Shown one piece after another: positions 9,745-19,233 of a stretch of 64,000 nt of DNA. Source of the DNA: Holosporales bacterium (lineage in GTDB: Bacteria > Pseudomonadota > Alphaproteobacteria > RUG11792); the NCBI GenBank assembly GCA_031258145.1, contig JAIRNI010000013.1, forward strand, positions 3,774 through 67,773. Direction: 5' to 3'. Under the pieces are notes generated by a model. That model worked only from the letters and a program-made list of their open reading frames with translations. It had not been told where the DNA came from and searched no databases. Positions within the stretch are counted from its first letter, which is position 1; each line of letters begins with the position of its first letter. The translations under genes and the position numbers were made by a program.

Positions 9745-9805
9745 TATATTAGAGCCGTTGATATTGATTTTCGGCAAGTAAGATTATCAGAGGGAGGATA
9801 ATTAT

Positions 9806-10234
9806 ATGAATATTAGTAGAAATTTAATAATAGCAGCTACTTTGAGTAGTTTTCTTGTGACGAGCGATGGAGGAGCGATGGACCCGTGCCAACTTACAGA
9901 AAACAACTCTCAGGTAATCGGGCAAGTCTCTCTATTCGCTAGAATTAATGGAGTTGACTATCCAGTTTACTCCATGAATCAGTGGGGGCCCGCTGCACCG
10001 GTATGGCCTGGTGTCTCTCACGCCCCCACAGTTCCAGCTATGGATTTCTGTCCCAGGAGAAGATTGCTGGACGTGCAGACTTTGTGCATATTTGGGGGCA
10101 TTGCCCTGGCCACCATCGGAATCACCGGATACTTGGCAGCTAAGGACGGCATGGGTTGGTTCCATAAGCGATCGGTTCCACGCAAGGCTCGCCCTGGTTC
10201 CCATCCAAAACGTCCGTCAACTGGAAACCAATGA
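9806..10234 (+). CDS. Hypothetical secreted/membrane protein (142 aa)
   Basis: Strong SD gagggagg upstream. Signal-like MNISRNLIIAATLSSFLVTSDGGA, one internal TM (LCIFGGIALATIGITGYLAA) and a basic tail. No family recognised. Confidence 0.6.
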   Translation: MNISRNLIIAATLSSFLVTSDGGAMDPCQLTENNSQVIGQVSLFARINGVDYPVYSMNQWGPAAPVWPGVSHAPTVPAMDFCPRRRLLDVQTLCIFGGIALATIGITGYLAAKDGMGWFHKRSVPRKARPGSHPKRPSTGNQ

Positions 10235-10419
10235 CGGGGCCTGTATTGGTTCCGTTGATGACCGGTCCCATGCAAGCCTCGCCATCATGATTCCTTCTTA
10301 GATACGGACGATGAAAGTTGCGATAATTAAAACAATTATGCGGCAACTTTTCGGATTGACAGAGTGATGATGCGAGGCTTACACTAAAGGTATTGCAACG
10401 AAGCTTGGGGAGCTCGTGA

Positions 10420-11037
10420 ATGAACAAGCGAATTAGTGTCAGGTGGCCGGTAAGTGGCCTGGTTTTGGCCGTGGTGTGGGAGGTGGCTGGGTTGCAGTTA
10501 GCCGTTGCAGGTGATGGGCCAGAACTAGCGGCACCATCTCCAATCTCTCAGGAAGTGATTGATTTTGAGGTTCGAAGAGTGTTCTTCGAGGTGGAGGCGG
10601 CCTTCCCGCTGAAGGGGAGGGCTGATTCGCTGCCGATCGATTGGAACGGGCTCATTCCATCAATGCAAGGAAAATCCACATTAGAGAACTCGGATGAAGT
10701 GCAAAAAGGGATCTGCGAACTTCTGCTCGGGCTTGGAGCCCCTCAGGATGGGCAAATGACATTTAGAATGAATTATTATGTGGACGGGCATCCTCCGCAA
10801 TATGTGTGGAACAATCATTACCCCGAGAGTGCGGAATACACGTTGGACGACAGGCCACGTCCGTGGTGCCCTGTGGAAGGAACGGCGTATTTCTGTGGTA
10901 AACTTAGCATCGATGTTCGGAGTTCACCAGATGTTCCCAAAGATCAAATAAAAAGGGCTCCCTCCTTACGGTGGTTATCCGGATTCCCCCGGGGGTTTAC
11001 CGAGGCTTTCGTTTTGGAGGTAAATATCGCTGAGTAG
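10420..11037 (+). CDS. Hypothetical secreted protein (205 aa)
   Basis: SD ggggag 7 nt upstream of the ATG and a signal-like N-terminus (VSGLVLAVVWEVAGLQLAVAG). Visibly G+C-rich: a hand count of nt 10420-10479 gives 33/60 G+C, against 18/60 for nt 1321-1380 in recG. No family recognised. Confidence 0.6.
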   Translation: MNKRISVRWPVSGLVLAVVWEVAGLQLAVAGDGPELAAPSPISQEVIDFEVRRVFFEVEAAFPLKGRADSLPIDWNGLIPSMQGKSTLENSDEVQKGICELLLGLGAPQDGQMTFRMNYYVDGHPPQYVWNNHYPESAEYTLDDRPRPWCPVEGTAYFCGKLSIDVRSSPDVPKDQIKRAPSLRWLSGFPRGFTEAFVLEVNIAE

Positions 11038-11085
11038 AGTCTTCAGGGGCTATGCATGGTCAAAGACACGGTGCTTAGTATGGAG

Positions 11086-11172
11086 TGGTGCCCGGAAGAA
11101 GACTCGAACTTCCACGAGGTTTCCCTCTCACGCACCTGAAGCGTGCGCGTCTACCAATTTCGCCATCCGGGC
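11086..11172 (-). tRNA. tRNA-Leu (anticodon CAG)
   Basis: The reverse complement folds by hand into a class II cloverleaf: acceptor GCCCGGA/TCCGGGC, anticodon stem CACGC/GCGTG with loop TTCAGGT, long variable arm, T-arm GGAAG-TTCGAGT-CTTCT, and an encoded CCA. Confidence 0.92.
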
Positions 11173-11413
11173 AATACATATACTCACCCACAAAAAGAAT
11201 TGTTGGCAGGAGCACTGAAGCACAGGCACAGAGCTGTTCTAGACGTATCGCTCAAGCCTAGCACCGGATCACGAACCCGCAAACTTTTTGGGGCCAGTAT
11301 CAATGGCCGACACGGTAGGTTAACACAATTCCCACCCACATGTCAAAAACACCGTAGTAAAACCCTGGTAAGTTCATGGGAAAAAGATGATCCAATCAGG
11401 GCCAATTCCTAAC

Positions 11414-11480
11414 CACAGTGCACTTTAATAGGGGAAAATTGTCGAGAGGTCAACAGATAGACACTGACGGTTTTTCACAA
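11414..11480 (+). repeat. Dispersed repeat family B, copy B5 (3' part)
   Basis: cacagtgcactttaataggggaaaattgtcgagaggtcaacagatagacactgacggtttttcacaa matches the 3' third of B1/B2. Confidence 0.75.
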
Positions 11481-11529
11481 CAATTAACGGTACATCAATA
11501 TACAATTTGGCCGGGCAGAACAAAGTTTT

Positions 11530-11558
11530 TTTACCTTTAGTCAAATGAGTGTTATAAT
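11530..11558 (+). promoter_or_regulatory. Candidate sigma70 promoter for ssb (TTTACC-17-TATAAT)
   Basis: tttacc at 11530-11535, 17-nt spacer, consensus tataat at 11553-11558, about 40 nt upstream of the ssb ATG. Confidence 0.45.
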
Positions 11559-11596
11559 ACCCACCGTGATGACCACAAACGAGAAGAGATAGCAGA

Positions 11597-12034
11597 ATGG
11601 CCGGTTCTCTAAATAAGGTAATATTGATCGGTAATCTTGGGAAGGATCCAGATGTGAGATTTATGCCCGACGGATCGAAAGTAACGTCCTTTAGCCTAGC
11701 GACGAGCGATGTCTGGAAAGACAAGGTAACGGGCGAACGTAAGGACAAGACCGAATGGCATAGAATTTCGATCTTCAATGAGAGACTAGTGGAGATTGTT
11801 GAGAAATACGTTAGGAAGAGTACCAAACTGTACATAGAGGGACAATTGCAGACCAGGAAATGGACTGATCAGGCTGGTAACGAACGCTTTACAACTGAGA
11901 TAGTTCTCGGGAAGTTCAGGGGAGAACTCGTTATCCTGGATGCCAAGAGAAATGACGGAGAAACGGAGAGCGGAAATAGTAGGGTCGATGCCTCGCCCGC
12001 AGAGATCCCAGTAGAAGATGATATCCCGTTTTAG
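11597..12034 (+). CDS. ssb: Single-stranded DNA-binding protein
   Basis: OB-fold N-terminus MAGSLNKVILIGNLGKDPDVRFMPDGSKV...TEWHRISIF and the acidic C-terminal tip DDIPF. Confidence 0.95.
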   Translation: MAGSLNKVILIGNLGKDPDVRFMPDGSKVTSFSLATSDVWKDKVTGERKDKTEWHRISIFNERLVEIVEKYVRKSTKLYIEGQLQTRKWTDQAGNERFTTEIVLGKFRGELVILDAKRNDGETESGNSRVDASPAEIPVEDDIPF

Positions 12035-12052
12035 ACCTAGCAGTTTCTGGGG

Positions 12053-12784
12053 ATGAAACTCGCGGTATTGGGGGCCAATGGCCGAGTTGGTAGCTTGGTC
12101 GTTGGTCTCGCTGGGGAGATGGGATGCGAGATCCGTGGGACGGTTTCTAGAGGTTGCCCGATATCCGATCTTTTTAACGATTCCGAGGTCGTCATTGACT
12201 TCTCATCACCAGAGGCGACCCACGAAATGTTGTCGTTCGAGTTGGCTGAGGGGTTATGTGTCCCCATCGTCATCGGGACGACTGGTCTCGGCCCCACTCA
12301 AGACGAATTAATAAACTCTCTCTCTCGGTGTTGCCCAATATTCGTGTCTTCCAACATGAGTGTTGGGGTAGCCATTTTGAGAATGCTTGTTTCTACGGCG
12401 GCTAAACTGGTGGACATGGATTTCGAGGTTGAAGTTCTTGATATTCACCATGGAGCCAAAAACGATGCTCCATCTGGGACGGCCATAATGCTGGGTAAGG
12501 CGATAGCCGAGGCTAGGGGCCAGTGTTTCCAAGAGGTTGCTAAATTCACGCGATTCGGCACGGATGAACCGAGGAAGAAGGGAGAAATAGGCTATGCGGT
12601 CCAAAGGTTCGGCAATCAAATAGGCACGCACGAGGTGACTTTCGGGAATGCCCAGGAGAGTCTAAAACTGCGGCATGAATCATATTCCAGAGAGGGATTT
12701 GCGCGAGGAGCAATTATGATTGCAAAATGGCTGATTACACAAAGCCCAGGTTCATATACTATGGCTGACTTTGTGGGAAGTTAA
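12053..12784 (+). CDS. dapB: 4-hydroxy-tetrahydrodipicolinate reductase
   Basis: MKLAVLGANGRVG Rossmann start, IGTTGL, and EVLDIHHGAKNDAPSGTA (E-x-HH-x-x-K-x-DAPSGTA motif). Confidence 0.93.
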   Translation: MKLAVLGANGRVGSLVVGLAGEMGCEIRGTVSRGCPISDLFNDSEVVIDFSSPEATHEMLSFELAEGLCVPIVIGTTGLGPTQDELINSLSRCCPIFVSSNMSVGVAILRMLVSTAAKLVDMDFEVEVLDIHHGAKNDAPSGTAIMLGKAIAEARGQCFQEVAKFTRFGTDEPRKKGEIGYAVQRFGNQIGTHEVTFGNAQESLKLRHESYSREGFARGAIMIAKWLITQSPGSYTMADFVGS

Positions 12785-12879
12785 CTGTATACTCATGAGC
12801 ATCTACGTGTTTGTCAAATTGCGTGAGTGTAAGATATTTAAGCATACTGGCTGTTAGCTAATCTGAGTGTAGTGTAACC

Positions 12880-14313
12880 CTAATGATCGCTCTGCATCTC
12901 TTTCAGGATACTTTCTGAAACCTTCTTGGCGTCGCCCAGCACCAGCATAGTATTACCATAACAGAACAGTGGATTATCTATGCCGGCGTATCCGGCGCCA
13001 AGGGATCGCTTAATGAATAACACTGTCTTGGCTTTCTCGACATCGAGCACAGGCATCCCATAAATTGGGGAAGTCTTATCGGTTTTGGCTGCGGGATTCG
13101 TAATGTCGTTGGCCCCAATAACTAGGGCCACGTCCGTATTCGAAAACTCGTGATTGATGTCATCGAGTTCGTATACTTCTTCATACGGAATATTCGCCTC
13201 GGCCAACAGAACGTTCATATGCCCGGGCATACGCCCCGCCACAGGATGGATCGCGTATTTTACCGTGATATCTCTCTTCTTCAAGGCATCCGCCATTTCG
13301 CGAATGATATGCTGGGCTTGTGACACGGCCATTCCGTATCCTGGGACTATAATGACCGATCCAGCATTCTGGATGATGTAGGCCGCATCCTCTGCACTGC
13401 ACACTTTTACGTCTCTTCTCTGTGATGTATCGCTCTGTTGAGCTCCAGAAGATGTGCCTACCCCACCAATGATCACGTTAAAGAGAGATCTATTCATGCC
13501 ACGGCACATGATGCTGCTAAGGATGGCCCCAGAAGTCCCGACCAAAGCGCCCACGATGATCAGGAGGGTATTGTTCAGTGTAAATCCTATCCCCGCGGCC
13601 GTCCACCCTGAATACGAGTTCAACATCGAGACGATGACGGGCATGTCGGCTCCCCCGATTGGCATTATCAATAGGTATCCAATCAAACACGCCAGTATCA
13701 GGAGAATCGTGAAGACACAGGCCGATTGATACGACGAGAATAATCCAATAAGGAGTAGTATAACTATTCCCAATAAAAGATTAATCTTATGCTGCCCCCG
13801 GAAGATCAATGCCCTCCGGATCAGGCCATGAAGTTTCCCGAATGCCACGACGGAACCCGTGAAGGTTAGGGCACCGATCGTCGCCCCCACCGACATCTCG
13901 ATGGCATTGGCGAATGGTATGAGGCCATCATTTCCCACCGAGATCTTATGCAGGTTTGGCGCTAAATACACAGAAACCGCGATACAAACCGCGGCCAATC
14001 CGACGAGACTATGAAATGCCGCTATCAATTGGGGAAGATCGGTCATGGCGGTGCACTTGGCGATGCGGTATCCAATGCCTCCTCCAGCCGATATTGCCAA
14101 TAGTGTTAAGAGATAGTGAAAGCCAGGTGCCTGTGAACCGCTCCAAAAGATACAACTCAATAACGGGAAAGATATGACGATGAGCATCCCAGCGGCCCCA
14201 TACATATTCCCTCTATGCGAGGTGGATGCAGAAGACAACCCCCTCAACGCCAAAATAAAAAACACACCGACGGCAACGAATAACAATTCAACCAAAAAGG
14301 CTAGGTAAGTCAT
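12880..14313 (-). CDS. pntB: NAD(P) transhydrogenase subunit beta
   Basis: 477 aa with a multi-TM N-terminal half and a C-terminal dIII domain (GYGMAVSQAQH, AIHPVAGRMPGHMNVLLAEANIPYE). No pntA gene is adjacent. Confidence 0.93.
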   Translation of the reverse strand: MTYLAFLVELLFVAVGVFFILALRGLSSASTSHRGNMYGAAGMLIVISFPLLSCIFWSGSQAPGFHYLLTLLAISAGGGIGYRIAKCTAMTDLPQLIAAFHSLVGLAAVCIAVSVYLAPNLHKISVGNDGLIPFANAIEMSVGATIGALTFTGSVVAFGKLHGLIRRALIFRGQHKINLLLGIVILLLIGLFSSYQSACVFTILLILACLIGYLLIMPIGGADMPVIVSMLNSYSGWTAAGIGFTLNNTLLIIVGALVGTSGAILSSIMCRGMNRSLFNVIIGGVGTSSGAQQSDTSQRRDVKVCSAEDAAYIIQNAGSVIIVPGYGMAVSQAQHIIREMADALKKRDITVKYAIHPVAGRMPGHMNVLLAEANIPYEEVYELDDINHEFSNTDVALVIGANDITNPAAKTDKTSPIYGMPVLDVEKAKTVLFIKRSLGAGYAGIDNPLFCYGNTMLVLGDAKKVSESILKEMQSDH

Positions 14314-14501
14314 ACGACGTCAACAGATAATCAGAGTTTTGCCCACTACAATACAACAGTTCCATACTCAAGCCAAGTGAGGAATCCAGGGCAGGCAGTA
14401 TTGATGGTAAGCCAAGCGTTTAAAGATTTTTGCTTCCCTTTCAGTGGGGTATCTCGTAATATCCAATGGGTCTCTATTGAATACAGCCCCCATGACAAAC
14501 G

Positions 14502-16910
14502 GTGAGTAACGGCGTTCCAGATTCTCCGATGATGAAGCAATATGGGGCCATTAAACGGGAACATCCGGATTGCTTTCTGCTCTTTAGGCTCGGAGATTTT
14601 TATGAGCTTTTCTTTGAGGATGCGGTTGAGGCTTCCAAGGAGCTCGGGTTGGTTTTGACGCAAAGACAGGGGGCTCCGATGTGTGGTATCCCTTGGCATG
14701 CTCACGAAATGTATCTAACGAAGCTCGTTAAAAATGGGCACAGGGTGGCGATTTGCGAGCAGACGGAAACTCCAGCGGAGGCCAAATCACGAGGATGTAA
14801 GGGGCCGATCGATCGAAAAGTCGTCCGCATCGTATCGAGTGGGACCATCATCGAGCAGTCCATGCTCCAAGAGAAAAATAATAATTTTCTCTTCGCAATT
14901 TCGAATAGATTCGGCGATAGGCTTGGAATAGCGTACGCCGATGTTTCGACGGGGCGTTTCTACGTCGAAGAGATCAATTACAGTGATATCCTATCGGCGA
15001 TATCCAAAATATCGCCATCGGAAATACTTTGCCCCGATAGTCTTCTATCTAAAAAAGAGTTCCTCGAGTGTATAGACCCATATAAATCCATCATCATCGC
15101 TCTTCCGAGCGCCAAGTTTATGAATCAATCGTCGAGCAGGATGCTGGCATCGTTCTTCAATGTCAGCTTCATCGATGCTTTCGGTAATTTTTCTGAATGC
15201 GCTCTAGAAGCGGCGTCAGAGATCGCCGAGTACGTATCGGAGGTATATCAAAATCTCAAGGGCGGTCTATCGGTACCGAGACTCGTAATGCATTCGGATT
15301 ATGTGTATTTCGATCACTTTACCCGAAGAAGTCTAGAGATGACGACGACCCAAAGCGGCAATAAAAAGGGGAGTTTGTTATCGGAAATCGATAAGACGGC
15401 GACTTCGCAGGGGGCCAGACTCCTCGGAAGATGGCTCATGCAGCCCCTCGTTAATCTCGAGAAAATTGAAAAGCGTTTGGAATTTGTTGAATTCTTCGTG
15501 AAGCGGCCAGAGTTACTACAAGAAATCCGAGGGATTCTAAAACATTTCCCTGATATAGAACGGGCCATCTCGCGGGTCCTCATTGGGAAGGCTGGCCCAA
15601 GGGACCTAAAATGCGTCGGCCTCGCTCTAGAAAAATCGATGGCGCTGGAACGGGTGATATCGAGTTTCGAGCACTTAAAAAGCTTGAAGCTGGCATTCGA
15701 GCAATTGATGCCACTTCTCGATATCATAAATTCTGCCATCGTTGATGAGCCACCTGTCATGGCGCGAGATGGAGGCTTCATAAAGAAGGGCTACGACGGC
15801 GATCTAGATGAATACTTGGATCTCATTGACAGCGGCGAATACATCATTCAAAAGATGCAGAAGACGTATGCAGAAGAAACCGGTATCAATACTCTGAAAA
15901 TCAAAAATAATGGGGTTATCGGATACTTTATAGAGATATCTCCGGCATATGTCGCCAAGGCTCCCTATACATTCATTCACCGGCAGACGCTGGGGTCTTG
16001 TATTCGCTATACCACACGAGAACTTAATGATATCGCCGGTAAGATCTATACCGCAGAATCTAGCTTAAAGCGTCGTGAGATGGAGATCTTTGAAAATATA
16101 GTCCACAGAATATCGTGCGTCAAAGATACGCTCCGTCGTGTATCCGATAACATTTCGTTTATAGATATTATAACATCGTTTGCTCATCTCGCGATCGAAA
16201 ATAATTACACGAGACCTATTTTTACGAACGATAAGACGCTTTTTATTGAGGATGGCAGACACCCCGTCGTCGAGAATAGCCTGCGTAATAATGGCCTAAA
16301 ATTCGTGCCGAACGATTGCAGGCTATTCGATGGAAGTGAAATATCCATTCTGACGGGGCCCAATATGGGCGGTAAAAGCACGTATCTTCGCCAGAATGCG
16401 ATCATCACAATCATGGCTCAGATGGGCTCATTCGTCCCGGCAAAGACAGCCACCATCGGTATCATCGATAGGATTTTCTGCAGGGTCGGGGCATCGGATG
16501 ATATATCGACCGGGAAATCGACGTTCATGGTGGAGATGCTCGAGACGGCCACAATCCTCCTTCAGGCCGGCGAGAAATCGTTGGTGATACTGGATGAAAT
16601 AGGGCGGGGAACCGCGACGTATGATGGTCTCGCGATTGCCCGGGCCGTCGTAGAGGAACTGGCCGATAACATCAAGGCACGGACTTTATTTGCGACACAT
16701 TATCACGAACTGAGTACCCTGAAGGATCATTTGGGTAACGTAAGGTTCTTGACGGTTAAAGTCGAGGACTGGAATGATGGAATAGTATTTCTCCACAAGA
16801 TAGAGGAAGGCTTCGCCGATAGATCATATGGTATTAATGTGGCGGCCCTCGCCGGCTTCCCGGAGAAGGTCATATCACGCGCCCAGGAAATACTGAAGGC
16901 CATCTCGTAA
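14502..16910 (+). CDS. mutS: DNA mismatch repair protein MutS
   Basis: SPMMKQYGAIKREHPDCFLLFRLGDFYELFFEDA N-terminus, Walker A GPNMGGKSTYLRQ, DEIGRGT. The track start is GTG 14502; the true start may be the ATG pair at about 14529. Confidence 0.95.
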   Translation: MSNGVPDSPMMKQYGAIKREHPDCFLLFRLGDFYELFFEDAVEASKELGLVLTQRQGAPMCGIPWHAHEMYLTKLVKNGHRVAICEQTETPAEAKSRGCKGPIDRKVVRIVSSGTIIEQSMLQEKNNNFLFAISNRFGDRLGIAYADVSTGRFYVEEINYSDILSAISKISPSEILCPDSLLSKKEFLECIDPYKSIIIALPSAKFMNQSSSRMLASFFNVSFIDAFGNFSECALEAASEIAEYVSEVYQNLKGGLSVPRLVMHSDYVYFDHFTRRSLEMTTTQSGNKKGSLLSEIDKTATSQGARLLGRWLMQPLVNLEKIEKRLEFVEFFVKRPELLQEIRGILKHFPDIERAISRVLIGKAGPRDLKCVGLALEKSMALERVISSFEHLKSLKLAFEQLMPLLDIINSAIVDEPPVMARDGGFIKKGYDGDLDEYLDLIDSGEYIIQKMQKTYAEETGINTLKIKNNGVIGYFIEISPAYVAKAPYTFIHRQTLGSCIRYTTRELNDIAGKIYTAESSLKRREMEIFENIVHRISCVKDTLRRVSDNISFIDIITSFAHLAIENNYTRPIFTNDKTLFIEDGRHPVVENSLRNNGLKFVPNDCRLFDGSEISILTGPNMGGKSTYLRQNAIITIMAQMGSFVPAKTATIGIIDRIFCRVGASDDISTGKSTFMVEMLETATILLQAGEKSLVILDEIGRGTATYDGLAIARAVVEELADNIKARTLFATHYHELSTLKDHLGNVRFLTVKVEDWNDGIVFLHKIEEGFADRSYGINVAALAGFPEKVISRAQEILKAIS

Positions 16911-16920
16911 AAAAGAATAT

Positions 16921-16997
16921 ATACCTAAATGCTTTGAATATCAACCATATCTCCTACCTCATTGCTAGTTTGTGTCAAACAAGTTCTGATGGCATCT
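16921..16997 (+). repeat. Dispersed repeat family A, copy A1 (77 nt)
   Basis: atacctaaatgctttgaatatcaaccatatctcctacctcattgctagtttgtgtcaaacaagttctgatggcatct is identical apart from 1 nt to 41772-41848. It sits 10 nt after the mutS stop. Confidence 0.9.
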
Positions 16998-17138
16998 GTT
17001 AATTGATCAAAAGTATCCGCTACGCTTCTTTAAATAGTATAGCAAGTATAGCATCAGTGTAAATGTAATATAGTTTAACTATTTGTTAAGTAATTGATGC
17101 CACTATAATAATTAACAACATAGTTGTAGGAGATTATT

Positions 17139-17732
17139 ATGGACATTATTCCAGTTGTTAAGTTGACGGCAGTTCTTGGCACAGTAATTCCAGATATTTC
17201 ATGTGGAGCAGTAGGTTTCAACGGTATATCCAGCGAAGTCATTCAAACTCCACACTTAGCACTGGTCAAGCAAGACCCGTTTGCCTATCACTCAGGATTG
17301 AGAGTAGCGCAATGCTCTAATCCGGCCTTGCCCATACCAAAATGGGAAAAGTTGGTGGCGGAGAGCGCGACTCCCTCATTAATCCCGTTCAGACTGAACA
17401 TGGATCAATTTGTTTATCACCAATTCGAGTGGCTGTATAAAAACCTTAATAACTCAAAGACTTTTTCCAGCGTGATTCCGTTCAATCGGTTGACAGATCA
17501 TCGTTTTGGGGTAACAAGATGCTTCGCCCCAATGGCTAATACAACCTCCCATGAAAAACCAATCAGGATAGCAGTATTTCAGTGTAACGCCAATGGGATG
17601 TGCGTTCATGAAACTATTGACATTCAAATTCTACTCCAAAACAGATGGGCGTGTGGTACCCCAAAAAATATAGCCGATTGCGCTTACTGCGCTGCGTTGT
17701 TGAATACCTTGCTCCCACCATATCAGCGGTGA
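17139..17732 (+). CDS. Hypothetical Cys-rich secreted protein (197 aa)
   Basis: SD aggaga 5 nt upstream, a hydrophobic N-terminus and 8 Cys residues. No family recognised. Confidence 0.6.
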   Translation: MDIIPVVKLTAVLGTVIPDISCGAVGFNGISSEVIQTPHLALVKQDPFAYHSGLRVAQCSNPALPIPKWEKLVAESATPSLIPFRLNMDQFVYHQFEWLYKNLNNSKTFSSVIPFNRLTDHRFGVTRCFAPMANTTSHEKPIRIAVFQCNANGMCVHETIDIQILLQNRWACGTPKNIADCAYCAALLNTLLPPYQR

Positions 17733-17743
17733 AGGATGGTTCT

Positions 17744-18163
17744 TCATACCTCTTCGAACTCGAATTTCCATGAGGATTTATCGGTATTGTTGGCCTTGGC
17801 CTTGAAGTCCGTCAATAGCGTGCGTAGGATTGGGCGAAAAGTGATGAAGCCCCTGCCTTTCTCTACCGAATCTTTCACGTAATCGATGGTGGGGGTCTCG
17901 ACGTCGTCTTGTCTGATCCTGATCAGCGAGTAAATCGTAAATATTTCATTGCCTTGTAAAAGTGAGACATTCGGAGTATCTTTTGTCTCGATCAGACATC
18001 TGTATTTGATATTACCATGTGGATATTCCGGGAGTACTTCAAAGTTTATATTTCTCATAATCTTCCTCTGATTTAATGGCGATAATTCTTGGATCGCATC
18101 GTTCGATACCAAAACGATTCCCTTCTTCGTTTCTATTTTTAGAATACTTAGATTACTCATCAT
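17744..18163 (-). CDS. Hypothetical protein (139 aa)
   Basis: SD aaggag 4-7 nt upstream of the tandem ATGs at 18163/18160. Soluble, no signal peptide, no family recognised. Confidence 0.6.
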   Translation of the reverse strand: MMSNLSILKIETKKGIVLVSNDAIQELSPLNQRKIMRNINFEVLPEYPHGNIKYRCLIETKDTPNVSLLQGNEIFTIYSLIRIRQDDVETPTIDYVKDSVEKGRGFITFRPILRTLLTDFKAKANNTDKSSWKFEFEEV

Positions 18164-18321
18164 CTTTCTCCTTTTTTAAAAAGTTATATTCAAATAATTA
18201 TGTGTTTCTTGAATCATGTGAGTCTAAGAGATCATCTGGATTCCGTCTGGTAATTATATTGATTTTATTGACGCAGTATGGAAATAATTTATTTAAAATC
18301 ACGCAAAGTGGCGGAACATTT

Positions 18322-18777
18322 ATGAAGGGTATTATGATCATCACGGCAGGACTTTTATCTTTCGCAAGCATTACCGATACCCGTGCCATGCAAAATGAAG
18401 AAATGGAGCAGGTATTTAGGTCCTTGGCTCGGGGCGTGGAGGTGCTCCATGGCATGTGGACAACTCCGATCGGTAAATTTTTCGGAGCTGTGATGGTACT
18501 AACGGCAACGGAATTGGCGTTGTACTGGCGGGATCCATCGTCCCTTCTTCGCTTGGGGCAATTTAGCACGGCATGGGCCATGTTGAATGGATTGTGCATG
18601 ATCCTGGCCTTACCAGCTCAACACGAGCCACCACCGGAATTCCATGGTATGGTCCATGTTGCTGATTTGACTCTGCTGCCTCATGTTCTGACGCCCTTCT
18701 CCCCAAGCGGCCTAGCCCGCCTTATTTTACTTGTGGAAGCTATATTAATTGCGCGTATTTTGATACGATATATCTGA
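18322..18777 (+). CDS. Hypothetical small membrane protein (151 aa; signal peptide + about 3 TM)
   Basis: Internal ATG 18322 of ORF 18076..18777. MKGIMIITAGLLSFASITDTRA is signal-like, followed by hydrophobic helices IGKFFGAVMVLTATELALYW, FSTAWAMLNGLCMILALPA and LARLILLVEAILIARILI. Confidence 0.5.
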   Translation: MKGIMIITAGLLSFASITDTRAMQNEEMEQVFRSLARGVEVLHGMWTTPIGKFFGAVMVLTATELALYWRDPSSLLRLGQFSTAWAMLNGLCMILALPAQHEPPPEFHGMVHVADLTLLPHVLTPFSPSGLARLILLVEAILIARILIRYI

Positions 18778-18813
18778 TAAAACTTACGCCAGTAATTCCA
18801 GAATTGCGTAAGT

Positions 18814-19233
18814 CTAAAGTTTAAAGAATACGTGATTACCGATTTCGAATGTTGGGACTTTTCCCTCTGCCCAGCGAGGAATCTTCGTTATGTTTTTAGC
18901 GTGGTAATGATTTGCGCCGTACGTTATGTCCTTAATTTTACCGTCGATTATGTTTTGAGCCGTGGCGAGACACATGATATATATCACGTCTCCAATGGGT
19001 GGATTCAAGACGAGTTGTCTGTTGACATCCCCCATGTTCCAACATGAAAACTGCTTGGGTTTGAGACACACCTCTTCGATGGAGACACCTGATTCCACGT
19101 GGCGATTCATGATGACGTTGCCGACGGCGATCAGAGAATTTATGCCTCCGTTGGGTTTTTTGTATTCTCCTCTGGCCTCGCCGTATATTGTCTTCGCCAT
19201 TATTTCTACACTTATTTCAACGTTATTACTCAT
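18814..19233 (-). CDS. Cell-wall hydrolase, SleB/Hydrolase_2 family, no signal peptide (139 aa)
   Basis: AKTIYGEARGE...SLIAVGNVIMNRH...KPKQFSCWN...ANHYHA matches SleB-type amidase/hydrolase motifs. The start is set at ATG 19233 (MSNNVEIS) with SD aaggaag 9 nt upstream, overlapping the upstream ORF stop by 8 nt. Confidence 0.8.
   Translation of the reverse strand: MSNNVEISVEIMAKTIYGEARGEYKKPNGGINSLIAVGNVIMNRHVESGVSIEEVCLKPKQFSCWNMGDVNRQLVLNPPIGDVIYIMCLATAQNIIDGKIKDITYGANHYHAKNITKIPRWAEGKVPTFEIGNHVFFKL

Noticed and set aside
9674-9805. att-like direct repeat of the tRNA-Leu 3' end that would delimit an integrated island
   Set aside because: I could not find tggtgcccggaagaag or a substantial part of it on the tsaC side of the two secreted-protein genes. 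The island hypothesis therefore rests on composition only.
11143-11412. ORF 11143..11412 (+), and similarly ORF 63031..63219 (-)
   Set aside because: They overlap tRNA-Leu and tRNA-Gly respectively and lack SDs. The latter also overlaps the start of rpmG on the same strand but in a different frame.
18322-18777. The 151-aa 3-TM protein as the holin partner of the SleB-type hydrolase
   Set aside because: It is encoded on the opposite strand, convergent with the hydrolase gene, has a cleavable-looking signal peptide, and is longer than typical class I holins. It is kept only as a low-confidence remark in the findings.
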